Shown here piece after piece: positions 33,371 through 43,600 of a DNA stretch of 64,000 nucleotides (position 1 is its first letter; each line of letters begins with the position of its first letter). Made by a program: the position numbers and the translations under genes. The notes below the pieces were generated by a model. The model did not search any database. It was not told the DNA's origin and was given only the letters and a program-made list of their open reading frames with translations. This stretch comes from a virus: IMG/VR virus record IMGVR_UViG_3300037808_001018; one strand, written 5' to 3'.

Positions 33371-33462
33371 TATTCGCCGCTTTTAAATGCCGCCGTTAAA
33401 ACGAGTATGGCAATCGCAATTAACCCCCAAAAGATCAATGCTGATCCGAAATCGAAGCTCAC
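33370..33462 (-). CDS. possible 30-aa hydrophobic peptide
   Basis: The GTG start overlaps the upstream stop (GTGTGA). Sequence is (M)SFDFGSALIFWGLIAIAILVLTAAFKSGE. Its TAA overlaps the next ATG. Speculative. Confidence 0.25.
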   Translation of the reverse strand: MSFDFGSALIFWGLIAIAILVLTAAFKSGE

Positions 33463-33920
33463 ACTAAATCCTCCACGGGCTCTATTTTCTTCCAATCTCC
33501 AGGCTCCCCATCCTTTGCGCAAACGATCCTCCAGGCTTCCCCGTCGTCGTAATCAGAGACCAATTCCCAGGACCATCCTTTAGGACCGTTACTAACATTA
33601 AAACGGCTACAGACGGTTAACTCCTTCACTCCTTCGATGACTTCGATAGGGTAAAGAAACTCCTCTTCCGTTGCCTCCTCGTCTTCTGTCGCCGTTCCAG
33701 GGCGAACACCTCGCCAGAAATCCTCGTAATTATGCGCCTGATCGGAAGGCTTGACGCTAGTGTCTACAGGGGTTGGCGTGACACCGTCAGGGAGTTTGGC
33801 ATGAGTTGATAGACCCTGGAAATACTTCCCGTAGTGATTTAGGTAGTTCTCCTGTAGAGCTGTGATCGTGGGCAGGAGTTCCGTTAGACGGTCAGTGATG
33901 GCTTGTTGTTTGGCGTTCAT
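33459..33920 (-). CDS. hypothetical protein downstream of the fibre gene
   Basis: 153-aa ORF, coupled to 33917..37351. Confidence 0.45.
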   Translation of the reverse strand: MNAKQQAITDRLTELLPTITALQENYLNHYGKYFQGLSTHAKLPDGVTPTPVDTSVKPSDQAHNYEDFWRGVRPGTATEDEEATEEEFLYPIEVIEGVKELTVCSRFNVSNGPKGWSWELVSDYDDGEAWRIVCAKDGEPGDWKKIEPVEDLV

Positions 33921-36900
33921 GAGAAGTAAGATGTTAGAGCCGCTTTTTCTACGTTTGTTAATACGCGGTCAAAAACAAGCACCGCCTCAATCGTGCCGTC
34001 CCATGAGCCGGTTAGTGACTGATTGTGATACCCCCCTATAGACAAGCCTACCATCCCGTCAGGCGTGGCAGAAGTGTTTTGAAATGTCTCCCCGCCCACT
34101 TTTGCCGTGATGCTACTGGGCGTGTATTCAGCATACAAACCAAATCGATCATGACCATCATTAGTTGTGGCGGCATGATCACCGCTAGAGGAATACGCTC
34201 TCAGATTGTCAGAAACCAAATAAACCAAGTGCCTTAAAATGGGGTCATCGCTATCCACTAGCCCAGCTCCAGATGGGCCGTCCGAATCTGCTCTCGCAAC
34301 AACGTAAATCGCCGAATCGGGCGTCACCGTGCCAGTTGCGGTGTACAGGCTCGCGGTGTTCGCGCCGTCCCATGTGGGTATTCCGCTGATAAATTGCGGT
34401 GCTTTTAGGGCTGTAGGCGTCACCACATCCGCGAACGGACTAGCATCAGTCCCTTGATTCGACCATTTTGTAATTCCGGCATATTGCGTAGCCTCATACT
34501 CTACAGCCCCATGAGCCGCCGCAACGGTGTTATTGTCAGTTAGATGATTCTGTGAGTGTGAATCATAGCGAGTTCCGCGAGGCTCGTTGAGGTTCCAAAA
34601 GCTCACAAGATCCGTTTTCAGTCCTGCATTGAGTTTCTGGTAGCTTAATGGACTGCCAGAATTATAAAGTTCGGTGATCTCGGAGTCAAGTAAGGCTCTA
34701 TGCCAAGCTGCGGCATTAGCTATCCAGGCATCACAGCTAGAACCCAAGCCGCTTGAAGCGGCCAACGCAAATCGAACAGAACGGTCAACGCTGGCACCCT
34801 GCAAAGCCGCACCCACAAATACACCATTAAGAAATGCTTGAAAACTACCGGCTGCATCTCGGCGCATAGAAATGTTATGCCAAACTCCAGCAGCAATTCC
34901 GCCCATGCTTATTTGCACACCCAATAGGTTAGCGTCGACTAAACGGCAGTAAATGATAGAGCCAGCTCTGAACGCAGTGAAACCAACTGTTGCTGTATTC
35001 TCTGCACCCTTTGCAAGAATCCACTGAGTGCCGCTAATAGACACAGGGTAAACCCACAGGGAAATCGTAAACTCCCCGCTACCAAAATCTAGACCCGTTT
35101 GGGCCGCGTCCTCAATGCTAAGGCTTTCACTGTTAGCACTATCAAAACTCGCAACCAAATCCGTCTTGAGGCTGATAGCATCCTCTGACACTGCCGCCAC
35201 CTCCCCTAACGCAGTGCCAACAGTGTTGTTGTCTGTAAATGTGTTAGAGCCGTGAGAGTCTGCACGGCTACCCCCTTCCTCATCGAGGTTCCAGAAGCTA
35301 ACAATGTCCACCTTTTCGGCTGTTGTTAGGTCATGGTAGTAACGTGGCGCGCCTGAGTTATAAAGGGCTGTAATTTCAGCAGATGTCAGCGCTCTATCCC
35401 ATGCAGCCGTTGGCCCAATGTCAAAATCAGAAGACCTACCAAGTCGGAATTCCCGAGCCGGGCCTTGCACCGTTGTTGTTCTCGCAAACGTCGTCACCAC
35501 GCCATTTATGCTGGCAACCATGTTTGAGCCATCCCACCCGAGCGTCAAGAATTGCCAGTTTCCATCGAGTGCGCCATTGATTTCGTAGGTTTGAGTCGTA
35601 AGCTCCCAAAAAAGCCGCCCGTCGCCTAACGCTAACAAACGGTAGCCGCCCAGGTTCGATACGAAATTCTCGATAATATTTTGGTTCGATCCAACGCCGC
35701 CTGCCGCCCCTTTCACCCAAGTCGAAAACGTGAATTCGCCGCTTGGGTGCAATTCATGTCCAAGCGGGGTATAGGAAGATAACGATTCTGCATTGGCCCT
35801 ATCAAAACTCGCAACCAGATCCGCCGCCACAACCGCCGCGTCCTCTGCGCCCCTGTTAGGTGTTCCCATGTAACCCACAGGCCCCACCACACTGGCGACC
35901 GTGCCGCTATCGGTGAGATTGTTAGAGCCCCACGCATCCCTACGTTCCACCGCGCTGGTTCCATCACTCTCCTCGTCCAGAGGCCAAAATGAAACGCCTC
36001 CCGTTTTGACCGAATCGGGAATTGGGCCAACCGTTCCTCCACGGTAAATGGCAAGAATTTCCTGCGTTGTCAGGACTCGATCCCAGAAGCCTACATTCGA
36101 GATTTGGCCATCGTGAGAAGTGCCCTGCCTGCCAATTACTAGAGGCGACGATGAGGGTTTAACGCTAGACGTTGCAGTGACGCTCCTAACGCCCCCATCA
36201 ATAACCATAAATAGCTGGGTTCCATTAAACCCCGCAGCGATATGAACCCAATCTCCATCGCTGGCATTTACGGGCGGCAAGACGACTTTCATCGCACCGT
36301 TATCGTCGAAAGCGTAAAACCTCCACTGCCCCGTGCTGCCAATTTGGATCAGCCTGAAGCCGCTATCACCCCATATCGTTAGCATGGAGTTATTACTAAC
36401 CCTATTAGTGGTCCGCACCCATCCCGCCACGGTGAATGGCGCGGTAATATCAATCCCTGTTATATCAATCGCGGCCCTGGAGAGACTCTCACCGCTTGCG
36501 CTGTTAAATGACGAAACGTTAGGCGAGCTAGGGACTATCGCTTTCGTGTCATACCATCCTTTAGCATCAGCCGTTAGCAAGGGGATTTGATTCGTGTTTA
36601 TGGTCCACCCACGCCCTTCAAGGGCTACTAGGCTATCATACCCATCATCAGAAGGCGCTTGATTAGTGCCGCCATCGATATCCAGGGTTCCATTGCTGGT
36701 CCCGGCGTCATCGATTGATGTCAATATATCATTGATAGCGTCCTGGGTTAATGAGCATCCCGTGAAAGCATTGGTGTAATCAGTGCAAGGCGAACGCCCA
36801 AATAAGTATTTTGATATGGCGGTGAGGGAAGAAACGTCTTTCCAAGCCTCTGTTAAGTCCGTGGCTACCGTAAAGTCGTTGTCGCCTTCAAAGATTGTCA

Positions 36901-37351
36901 ATATCGAGGCAATCTCACCTTGGGTAAGCGCCCTCCCGATGAGCGCGATCCCGTAAACCGCTTTTACTGAGGCATCGAAATAATCCCCGAAACCAAACCC
37001 ACTAAGGTTTGCCGACCCGGCATCGAGCGTGATAGAGGCGGCGAAGGCTCCCTCATTCGTAGCCATGACGATAGTGCCCGTGAAGGCAGGCGCTACGGAT
37101 GACATGTAAGCACCAGCGCCAAACCCAACCCCGCCCTCTAGCGCCACTGGTCGGGTGCCATCGGCTGCGGTCAGGGTCCCGAATGGATTGGCGGCGAGGC
37201 CCTTGTTTGTCCATGCCGTGATTTCCCCGTCATCGGTGGTGATACCGTCCGGGGACGCGACATCAAACCACCCTTGAGCTAGTAGCAAAAGGTCGTCTTT
37301 GGAGATGTAACGCTCGGCTTGTTCAAGCTGAGTTGGGAGAAGTGTAAACAT
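33917..37351 (-). CDS. tail fibre / receptor-binding protein with three tandem LamG (concanavalin A-like) domains
   Basis: 1144 aa. It has three repeats of the pattern FT(V/F/I)xxWV .. W(V/Q/H)xI.. NG .. followed by a LamG_3-like tail such as FWDRVLTTQEILAIY, AWDRALTSAEITALYNSG or AWHRALLDSEITELYNSG. Confidence 0.65.
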   Translation of the reverse strand: MFTLLPTQLEQAERYISKDDLLLLAQGWFDVASPDGITTDDGEITAWTNKGLAANPFGTLTAADGTRPVALEGGVGFGAGAYMSSVAPAFTGTIVMATNEGAFAASITLDAGSANLSGFGFGDYFDASVKAVYGIALIGRALTQGEIASILTIFEGDNDFTVATDLTEAWKDVSSLTAISKYLFGRSPCTDYTNAFTGCSLTQDAINDILTSIDDAGTSNGTLDIDGGTNQAPSDDGYDSLVALEGRGWTINTNQIPLLTADAKGWYDTKAIVPSSPNVSSFNSASGESLSRAAIDITGIDITAPFTVAGWVRTTNRVSNNSMLTIWGDSGFRLIQIGSTGQWRFYAFDDNGAMKVVLPPVNASDGDWVHIAAGFNGTQLFMVIDGGVRSVTATSSVKPSSSPLVIGRQGTSHDGQISNVGFWDRVLTTQEILAIYRGGTVGPIPDSVKTGGVSFWPLDEESDGTSAVERRDAWGSNNLTDSGTVASVVGPVGYMGTPNRGAEDAAVVAADLVASFDRANAESLSSYTPLGHELHPSGEFTFSTWVKGAAGGVGSNQNIIENFVSNLGGYRLLALGDGRLFWELTTQTYEINGALDGNWQFLTLGWDGSNMVASINGVVTTFARTTTVQGPAREFRLGRSSDFDIGPTAAWDRALTSAEITALYNSGAPRYYHDLTTAEKVDIVSFWNLDEEGGSRADSHGSNTFTDNNTVGTALGEVAAVSEDAISLKTDLVASFDSANSESLSIEDAAQTGLDFGSGEFTISLWVYPVSISGTQWILAKGAENTATVGFTAFRAGSIIYCRLVDANLLGVQISMGGIAAGVWHNISMRRDAAGSFQAFLNGVFVGAALQGASVDRSVRFALAASSGLGSSCDAWIANAAAWHRALLDSEITELYNSGSPLSYQKLNAGLKTDLVSFWNLNEPRGTRYDSHSQNHLTDNNTVAAAHGAVEYEATQYAGITKWSNQGTDASPFADVVTPTALKAPQFISGIPTWDGANTASLYTATGTVTPDSAIYVVARADSDGPSGAGLVDSDDPILRHLVYLVSDNLRAYSSSGDHAATTNDGHDRFGLYAEYTPSSITAKVGGETFQNTSATPDGMVGLSIGGYHNQSLTGSWDGTIEAVLVFDRVLTNVEKAALTSYFS

Positions 37352-39250
37352 CTAAGGCTCGTGAGTAATCCAACAATAGATTTTGCTAGCATCGCTATCG
37401 TATTCCCAGGCCAGGAAGCTTCGTTTGCCCGCGCCTTGATCCGCGACTTCTTCAACCAGTCCTGAGACAACAACGTAATCCGTGGCGAGAATCAAGTCGC
37501 GCCCACCTGCTGCGTCTTGGATGATTGTCAGTTGGCCGGTTTGGCTATCCTCGACATTGGTTAGCGCTGCTAGCGTCCGGTTCCCGGCCAGGGTAACCTT
37601 GGCCTTAACCCCATTGTCCACGTTGTAAACGATGGTAGCGGCATCGGTCAAGGTTTGCCTGTCCGTGTACTTCTTCCCCACCTCAGAAGCGAGGTTAGAA
37701 GCCGTGACGCGGAACTCGGCAGTGCCCGCCGCGTTTAGACCAGCGATTTCATCATCGTCATCAAGGGTGGTGACCACTCCAAACCCTTTGAACCCGCTAT
37801 CTAGCAAAGTAACCGTGCCTGCTGAGTCAACCCAATACACATGAGTAGGCGTGTCTGAGGACGTGTCATTTCCGGTGTAGTAGACTACGCCATCCGTTAG
37901 CGTGTTGGATGTAACGTAAGTTTGGATTTCGCCCGTGGTAGGTTGGCCAGTAACAGCCGGGTTCACGGTGGTATCGTCCGCGAAGACGCGAGGACTACCG
38001 GCGACGGCAACGGAAGAATAGAGCAAGGTAACCGCGCCTGCCTTATCGACGTGAAAGACGTAAGTGACCGCATTGGCGGGCGTGTCATCGCCCGTGTAAT
38101 AAACGATCCGGTTAATGTGAGAATTCGCCGTGGTCCAGACTTCAATCTCGGCTGCGGTCGGCCTCCCATCGATGTTAGGGCCGATGCTGGTGTCGTCAGC
38201 ATGGATACGTTCAACGCCTGGAGCCGCCCAGGCGATGTCAGTGCCATCGCTGGTAAGAACGCCCCCTGCATCACCTACGGGCAACCGTTGATTGGCGTTG
38301 TTGGAGTCCCTGAAGAGAATGTCTCCACGGGTCGTCATTGGGTCATTCAGCCCTAAGCTGATCCATGCCGTGGCATTTGGGTTCCATAAGAACGATCCCT
38401 GCGTGGCCGTATTAAGGAAAAGGCAAGGCCGCGAGTTGTTTGCAGCCGTATCGAGGGTAGCCGGGTAACTGGCCCCTGGATCGGATGCCCCATAAAGAGT
38501 GTAGACATTGAGCCCAAACCAAGCCGTTGAAGCCGGATCCCAATAATAAAAAGTGTCATTATTGGTATCAACGTAGCCGTAAGCCTTGGCGTTATCGGCG
38601 TCCGAGTTGATCGCGCTTGGTGACGTTATTGGTGCGCCTGCCCCAAAGAGAAGTGCTCCTAGTGGTGTCTTCCAAATAACATCCGAGCCATCGCTGACGA
38701 GTGCTTGGCCGACATTACCTAGGGCAAGGCGTGCATCGTTATTCAAAGTGTTCCTGACAAGGATATCTCCGCGTGTAGTGAGCGGATTTGTGAACCCTGT
38801 GCTCACCCATAACGTGCTTACGGGGTTCCAGACAAAGAGCCCACTTGTTGTCGTGTTAATATAAATGGCAGCAACCGTGTCATCGGCGTTTGCGTCAATG
38901 GTTGAGGGTGCCGTGCTAGGGTTCGCCGCTCCACTAAAAGCGTTTGGCGTGTTGACTATTGACCAACTCGCCCCGGTGGGATCCCAAGCGTAAAGTTCGC
39001 CCGTTGCGTCATCGAGCGCCGTGTGCGGGATGGCGTCATCGGCGTTTGCGTCAAGTGAGCTAGGAATGCCGCCCGGTGCCCCTGTGACAAGGAAAGTGGA
39101 GGCGGCTTTGATTGCTTCATAGACCGCCTTGTTTTGCAATGCGCGTGTGCTGGAAGGACTGGTGGTTGTGTCTAGCCCCGTGAACGTTGCGCCCGTGGTA
39201 TCCACGTACGTTGCCACTTTGAGTTTATCAATGAGTCTAGGACTTGCCAT
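37352..39250 (-). CDS. tail fibre protein with internal repeats
   Basis: 632 aa. Four units of D(A/S)xADx..(F/Y)xW(N/D)Pxx(T/S)xW, two TTRGDIL(V/F)R..G..G..L.SDG.D..W units, and two duplicated C-terminal domains. Confidence 0.6.
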   Translation of the reverse strand: MASPRLIDKLKVATYVDTTGATFTGLDTTTSPSSTRALQNKAVYEAIKAASTFLVTGAPGGIPSSLDANADDAIPHTALDDATGELYAWDPTGASWSIVNTPNAFSGAANPSTAPSTIDANADDTVAAIYINTTTSGLFVWNPVSTLWVSTGFTNPLTTRGDILVRNTLNNDARLALGNVGQALVSDGSDVIWKTPLGALLFGAGAPITSPSAINSDADNAKAYGYVDTNNDTFYYWDPASTAWFGLNVYTLYGASDPGASYPATLDTAANNSRPCLFLNTATQGSFLWNPNATAWISLGLNDPMTTRGDILFRDSNNANQRLPVGDAGGVLTSDGTDIAWAAPGVERIHADDTSIGPNIDGRPTAAEIEVWTTANSHINRIVYYTGDDTPANAVTYVFHVDKAGAVTLLYSSVAVAGSPRVFADDTTVNPAVTGQPTTGEIQTYVTSNTLTDGVVYYTGNDTSSDTPTHVYWVDSAGTVTLLDSGFKGFGVVTTLDDDDEIAGLNAAGTAEFRVTASNLASEVGKKYTDRQTLTDAATIVYNVDNGVKAKVTLAGNRTLAALTNVEDSQTGQLTIIQDAAGGRDLILATDYVVVSGLVEEVADQGAGKRSFLAWEYDSDASKIYCWITHEP

Positions 39251-39271
39251 ACTAAATAGTGGGCGTCAAAC

Positions 39272-39991
39272 CTAGCTAGTGGCGGCTCGCATCGCCTCTA
39301 GAACCTTGCTACGGTTGCTTTCATAGCCAAAGTTGGTGAAAACACCAGAAGGCATTCTGCCCGTGGCGTGATCATAATTCGCCACGATAGGCAGTGCCTG
39401 GGACGTGAGTAGCCACCGATTAGGATCCGGTGTAAGCATTTGCGTAATTAAGCTGATCGTCTCGTCTTCCGGCCATTTCACTGGTCCAGGATTTCTGGAT
39501 AGGAGATTTCGTGAGTAATCGTCTGCTGCCCTAAGTAGATTGGTGGGCTTATACTCAATCATCCGGTCGATTATCGAACGAGAAAGCATGTAAGCGTGGC
39601 CGAGGGCGTAGGGATAGGAGTGGAAAGGATTACCTTCCGCGTCACTGACGCTGATAGTTTGCTTTTGCCCAATGAGATCATAGTCGCCAAACCGGATGTG
39701 CTCGATGCTGCCGGTTAGGACAGTGTCGCAATCCATTTTGAGCACGGTCGCCGCATGGATATGAGAAATAGCCTCAATCATTCCGGCGACGCATTCAAGA
39801 GATTCGTTGAGAGAGTGCCCACGGGGAAAGTTAGTAACCAACCGAGCAGTTGATTCTGGTGTGGGGCAATTATCAGCTTGGTCGAAAGCGACCGTAACAG
39901 GGATTCCGTAATTAAGCAGGCTCCTGGCGGCTATGTCGAGATGCTCCCGATCCCGCTCACACGCAAAGATAATAGCAGCAATGTTATCCAT
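39272..39991 (-). CDS. glycosyltransferase-like protein (GT-A-like, DxD)
   Basis: 239 aa. Has an N-terminal beta-alpha start (IAAIIFACERD) and KMDCDTV as a DxD candidate. Weak call. Confidence 0.35.
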   Translation of the reverse strand: MDNIAAIIFACERDREHLDIAARSLLNYGIPVTVAFDQADNCPTPESTARLVTNFPRGHSLNESLECVAGMIEAISHIHAATVLKMDCDTVLTGSIEHIRFGDYDLIGQKQTISVSDAEGNPFHSYPYALGHAYMLSRSIIDRMIEYKPTNLLRAADDYSRNLLSRNPGPVKWPEDETISLITQMLTPDPNRWLLTSQALPIVANYDHATGRMPSGVFTNFGYESNRSKVLEAMRAATS

Positions 39992-40562
39992 AAAATTCGA
40001 CTAGGGTGTGCTTTTCGCATTCACGCATGAGTGCATCACGACTAATTTCACTTTCCCTTGGCAGCAATCTCTCGTGAAACTCAACATAAAGATGATCAAT
40101 GAGCGCAATGGATCCATCTTTTAAAAGATGCCGGAGAACAGGAAATTCAGCGCCTTCGATATCCATTTTGATATGTATCATCCGTTCGGGCAATAAGCGC
40201 AAGAGTCGAGCAAGATCAAACGCGGGAACCATGCATGAACGAGATAGCCCTGGGTGCTGGTTTTCCGCGATGATAGTCGATCCGAAGCCGTCGAACTTAT
40301 TAATGTGTTCGAGCACTGGCGAAGCACTCTTCGATTCCTCCCAATTCTCTTGACGCATAAAAAGTGACTCTGCTTTTGTCCATACTGCCTTCGGAGAGTA
40401 ATGCCACCCATGCTTACAAAAGTCAGGGAAATATCGGTGGCAGGCAGGGTTTGGCTCAAATGCAAAGATGTCCCAAGACGCATCCAATGAAAGTCGTTTC
40501 TTGAAAAAGCGCAACCCGCCACCTTGATGATAACCACAATCGATGAAGACTGGTTTGTTCAT
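39984..40562 (-). CDS. FkbM-family methyltransferase
   Basis: VFIDCGYHQGG .. IHIKMDIEGAEFPVLRHLL .. YVEFHE matches the FkbM-family pattern. Confidence 0.6.
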   Translation of the reverse strand: MNKPVFIDCGYHQGGGLRFFKKRLSLDASWDIFAFEPNPACHRYFPDFCKHGWHYSPKAVWTKAESLFMRQENWEESKSASPVLEHINKFDGFGSTIIAENQHPGLSRSCMVPAFDLARLLRLLPERMIHIKMDIEGAEFPVLRHLLKDGSIALIDHLYVEFHERLLPRESEISRDALMRECEKHTLVEFYG

Positions 40563-40606
40563 ATAGAAAAGTAACTCGCTGATTTGAGGTTCGCAAGTAT
40601 GGTTAA

Positions 40607-43600
40607 TTAAGTGTTAAATGTTACACTACCACCCGATATAGTAAACCCGGTATAAGTGCCGTCTCCTGGAGATGTCTTGGGCCACCACAATGGAATTTCG
40701 CCAATATCAGTTAGCTGAGATTGTGTAACGAATTTTCTGGATGCCGTTTGTGATACATGATCGGCTGAAACGCCGCCATAGGTGCCGTCATCTTTCTTGT
40801 ATGTTGACCCCGACCCATTGCTTATGAGGTTACCAACCTCATTAAGGTCGCCCTGCGTGATGGTATCAAGGATGGTACGGTTAACATTGTCGGTATGGCG
40901 AGCCGTTGTGTTGTCCGCAATATCATCAAGGTCGGCCTGCGTGATGGTATCAAGGATGGTACGGTTAACATTGTCGGTATGGCGAGCCGTTGTGTTGTCC
41001 GCAATATCAGTTAGCTGAGATTGTGTAACGAATTTTCTGGATGCCGTTTGTGATACATGATCGGCTGAAACGCTACCATAGGTGCCGTCATCTTTCTTGT
41101 ATGTTGACCCCGACCCATTGCTTATGAGGTTACCAACCTCATCAAGGTCGGCCTGTGTGATGAATTTTCTGGATGTCGTCTCCGCAATATCATTGGCGTC
41201 GCCAAACGGGATGTTGAGATTATAGGGGACGGCATCAGACGGGTCCACCGTCAAATTGCGCGTGCCGTTGTCCCAAGTGACGGTGTATTTTGTGTTCTCA
41301 TCAGGAATAACGATGCTTTTGATCGTAACCCCATCCTTTCTGAAATCGAAAGCGCCTGACGCGGGCGAATAAGCAATATTATACTGTGGGATGAAAATGG
41401 TGGTAATTGTGCTTCCGTTCTCTCTGAGATCAAAAGCGCCTGACGTAGGCGAAAAAGCGATGTCATAGAGCGTATCAGGCGGTGCCGAGTAGCCACCAGA
41501 ATCATTTTTCCACGTTGACCCCGACCCATTGCTTATGAGGTTACCAACCTCATCAAGGTCGCCCTGTGTGATGGTATCAAGGACGGCGCGGTTCGCATTA
41601 TCGGTATGGCGATCCGCTGTATTGGCTGCGATATCAGTTAGCTGAGATTGTGTAACGAATTTATTGGATGCCGTTTGTGATACATGATCGGCTGAAACGC
41701 TACCATAGGTGCCGTCATCTTTCTTGTATGTTGACCCCGACCCATTGCTTATGAGGTTACCAACCTCATCAAGGTCGGCCTGTGTGATGGTATCAAGGAC
41801 GGCGCGGTTCGCATTATCGGTATGGCGATCCGCTGTATTGGCTGCGATAGCCGTTTGTTCAGCATCCGTTAACCAGTTATGATCTACCGTTTCCGTGATG
41901 TCATCTGCGTCCAGGTCATGCACCACACGATCCCAGTAAGTAGCCCAACTTGCCCCCGCGCCGGGTTTGGTCGTCATCGATGACGTGTGGCCGAGTTCGA
42001 CGATGTAAATAACACCATCAACACGAACCATCTCGCCTTCGGTATAATCATAAGATGATGCGCTCCAATTTTTATAGTGAGGACTTGGCGGCTCGGAATA
42101 GTTACCCGAATCGTCATACCATAGCGAACCCGTTCCGGTTGCGATGATGCCATCAAGGATAGCGCGGTTCGCATTATCGGTATGGCGATCCGTTGTATTG
42201 GCAGCGATGGCCGTTTGCTCGGCATCCGTTAACCAGTTGTGATCAACCGTTTCGGTGATGTCATCCGCGTCCGGTGCCGTGTAGCCGCCTGAATCGTTAA
42301 GCCATGTCGACGCTGTTCCGGTTGCGATAATGCCATCAAGGATAGCGCGGTTCGCATTGTTGGTATGGCGATCCGTTGTATTGGCCGCGATGGCCGTTTG
42401 TTCGGCATCCGTTAGCCAGTTGTGATCAACCGTTTCGGTGATGTCATCGCCATCCAGGGTGACCACTCCTGTCTTACCCGCTACCGAATCAACGGGGTAA
42501 TCCGGGTTGCTGTAAACCCCGTCATTTCCCAGGTAAGCGTCGCCCGATCCACTATCAATAAGCCCATCTAGAAGGGCCTTGTTAGTGTGCATGTGGCGAT
42601 CCATTGTATTGGTCGCGATAGCCGTTTGTTCAGCATCCGTTAACCAGTTGTGGTCTACCGTTTCGGTGATGTCATCGGCGTCCAGGGTGACCACTCCCGT
42701 CTTACCCGCTACTGAATCAACCGGGGCGCTTGGTGGTGCCGTGTAGCCGCCTGAATCGTTAAGCCATGTCGACGCCGTTCCGGTTGCGATGATGCCATCA
42801 AGGACGGCGCGATTCGCATTATCGGTATGGCGATCCGTTGTATTGGCAGCGATGGCCGTTTGCTCGGCATCCGTTAACCAGTTGTGATCAACCGTTTCGG
42901 TGATGTCATCGCCATCCAGGGTGACCACGCCCGTCTTGCCCGCTACCGAATCAACGGGAGCACTTGGCGGTTCCGTGTAAGCACCCGAATCGTCATACCA
43001 TTTCGAGCCGGTTCCCGTATCGATGATCCCATCGAGGATGGCCTTGTTAGCATGGGTGTGCGCGGCGGGTGGTGCGGAATAAGCACCTGTGTCGTCTAAC
43101 CATGTCGACGCCGACCCCGTGTCGATGATGCCATCGAGAAGCGTCTTGTTTGTATGGGTATGTGCGGCGGGCGGTGCGGAATAAGCACCTGAATCATCTA
43201 GCCATGTCGACGCCGACCCTGTGTCGATGATGCCATCAAGGATGGCGCGGTTCGCATTATTGGTATGGCGATCCGTCGTGTTGGCCGCGATAGCCGTTTG
43301 TTCGGCATCCGTTAACCAGTTGTGGTCTACCGTTTCCGTGATGTCATCGGCATCCAGGGTGACCACGCCCGTCTTGCCCGCTACTGAATCAACCGGGGCG
43401 CTTGGTGGTGCCGTGTAGCCGCCTGAATCGTTAAGCCATGTCGACGCCGTTCCGGTTGCGATAATGCCATCAAGGATAGCGCGGTTCGCATTGTTGGTAT
43501 GGCGATCCGTTGTATTGGCCGCGATGGCCGTTTGTTCGGCATCCGTTAGCCAGTTGTGATCAACCGTTTCGGTGATGTCATCGCCATCCAGGGTGACCAC

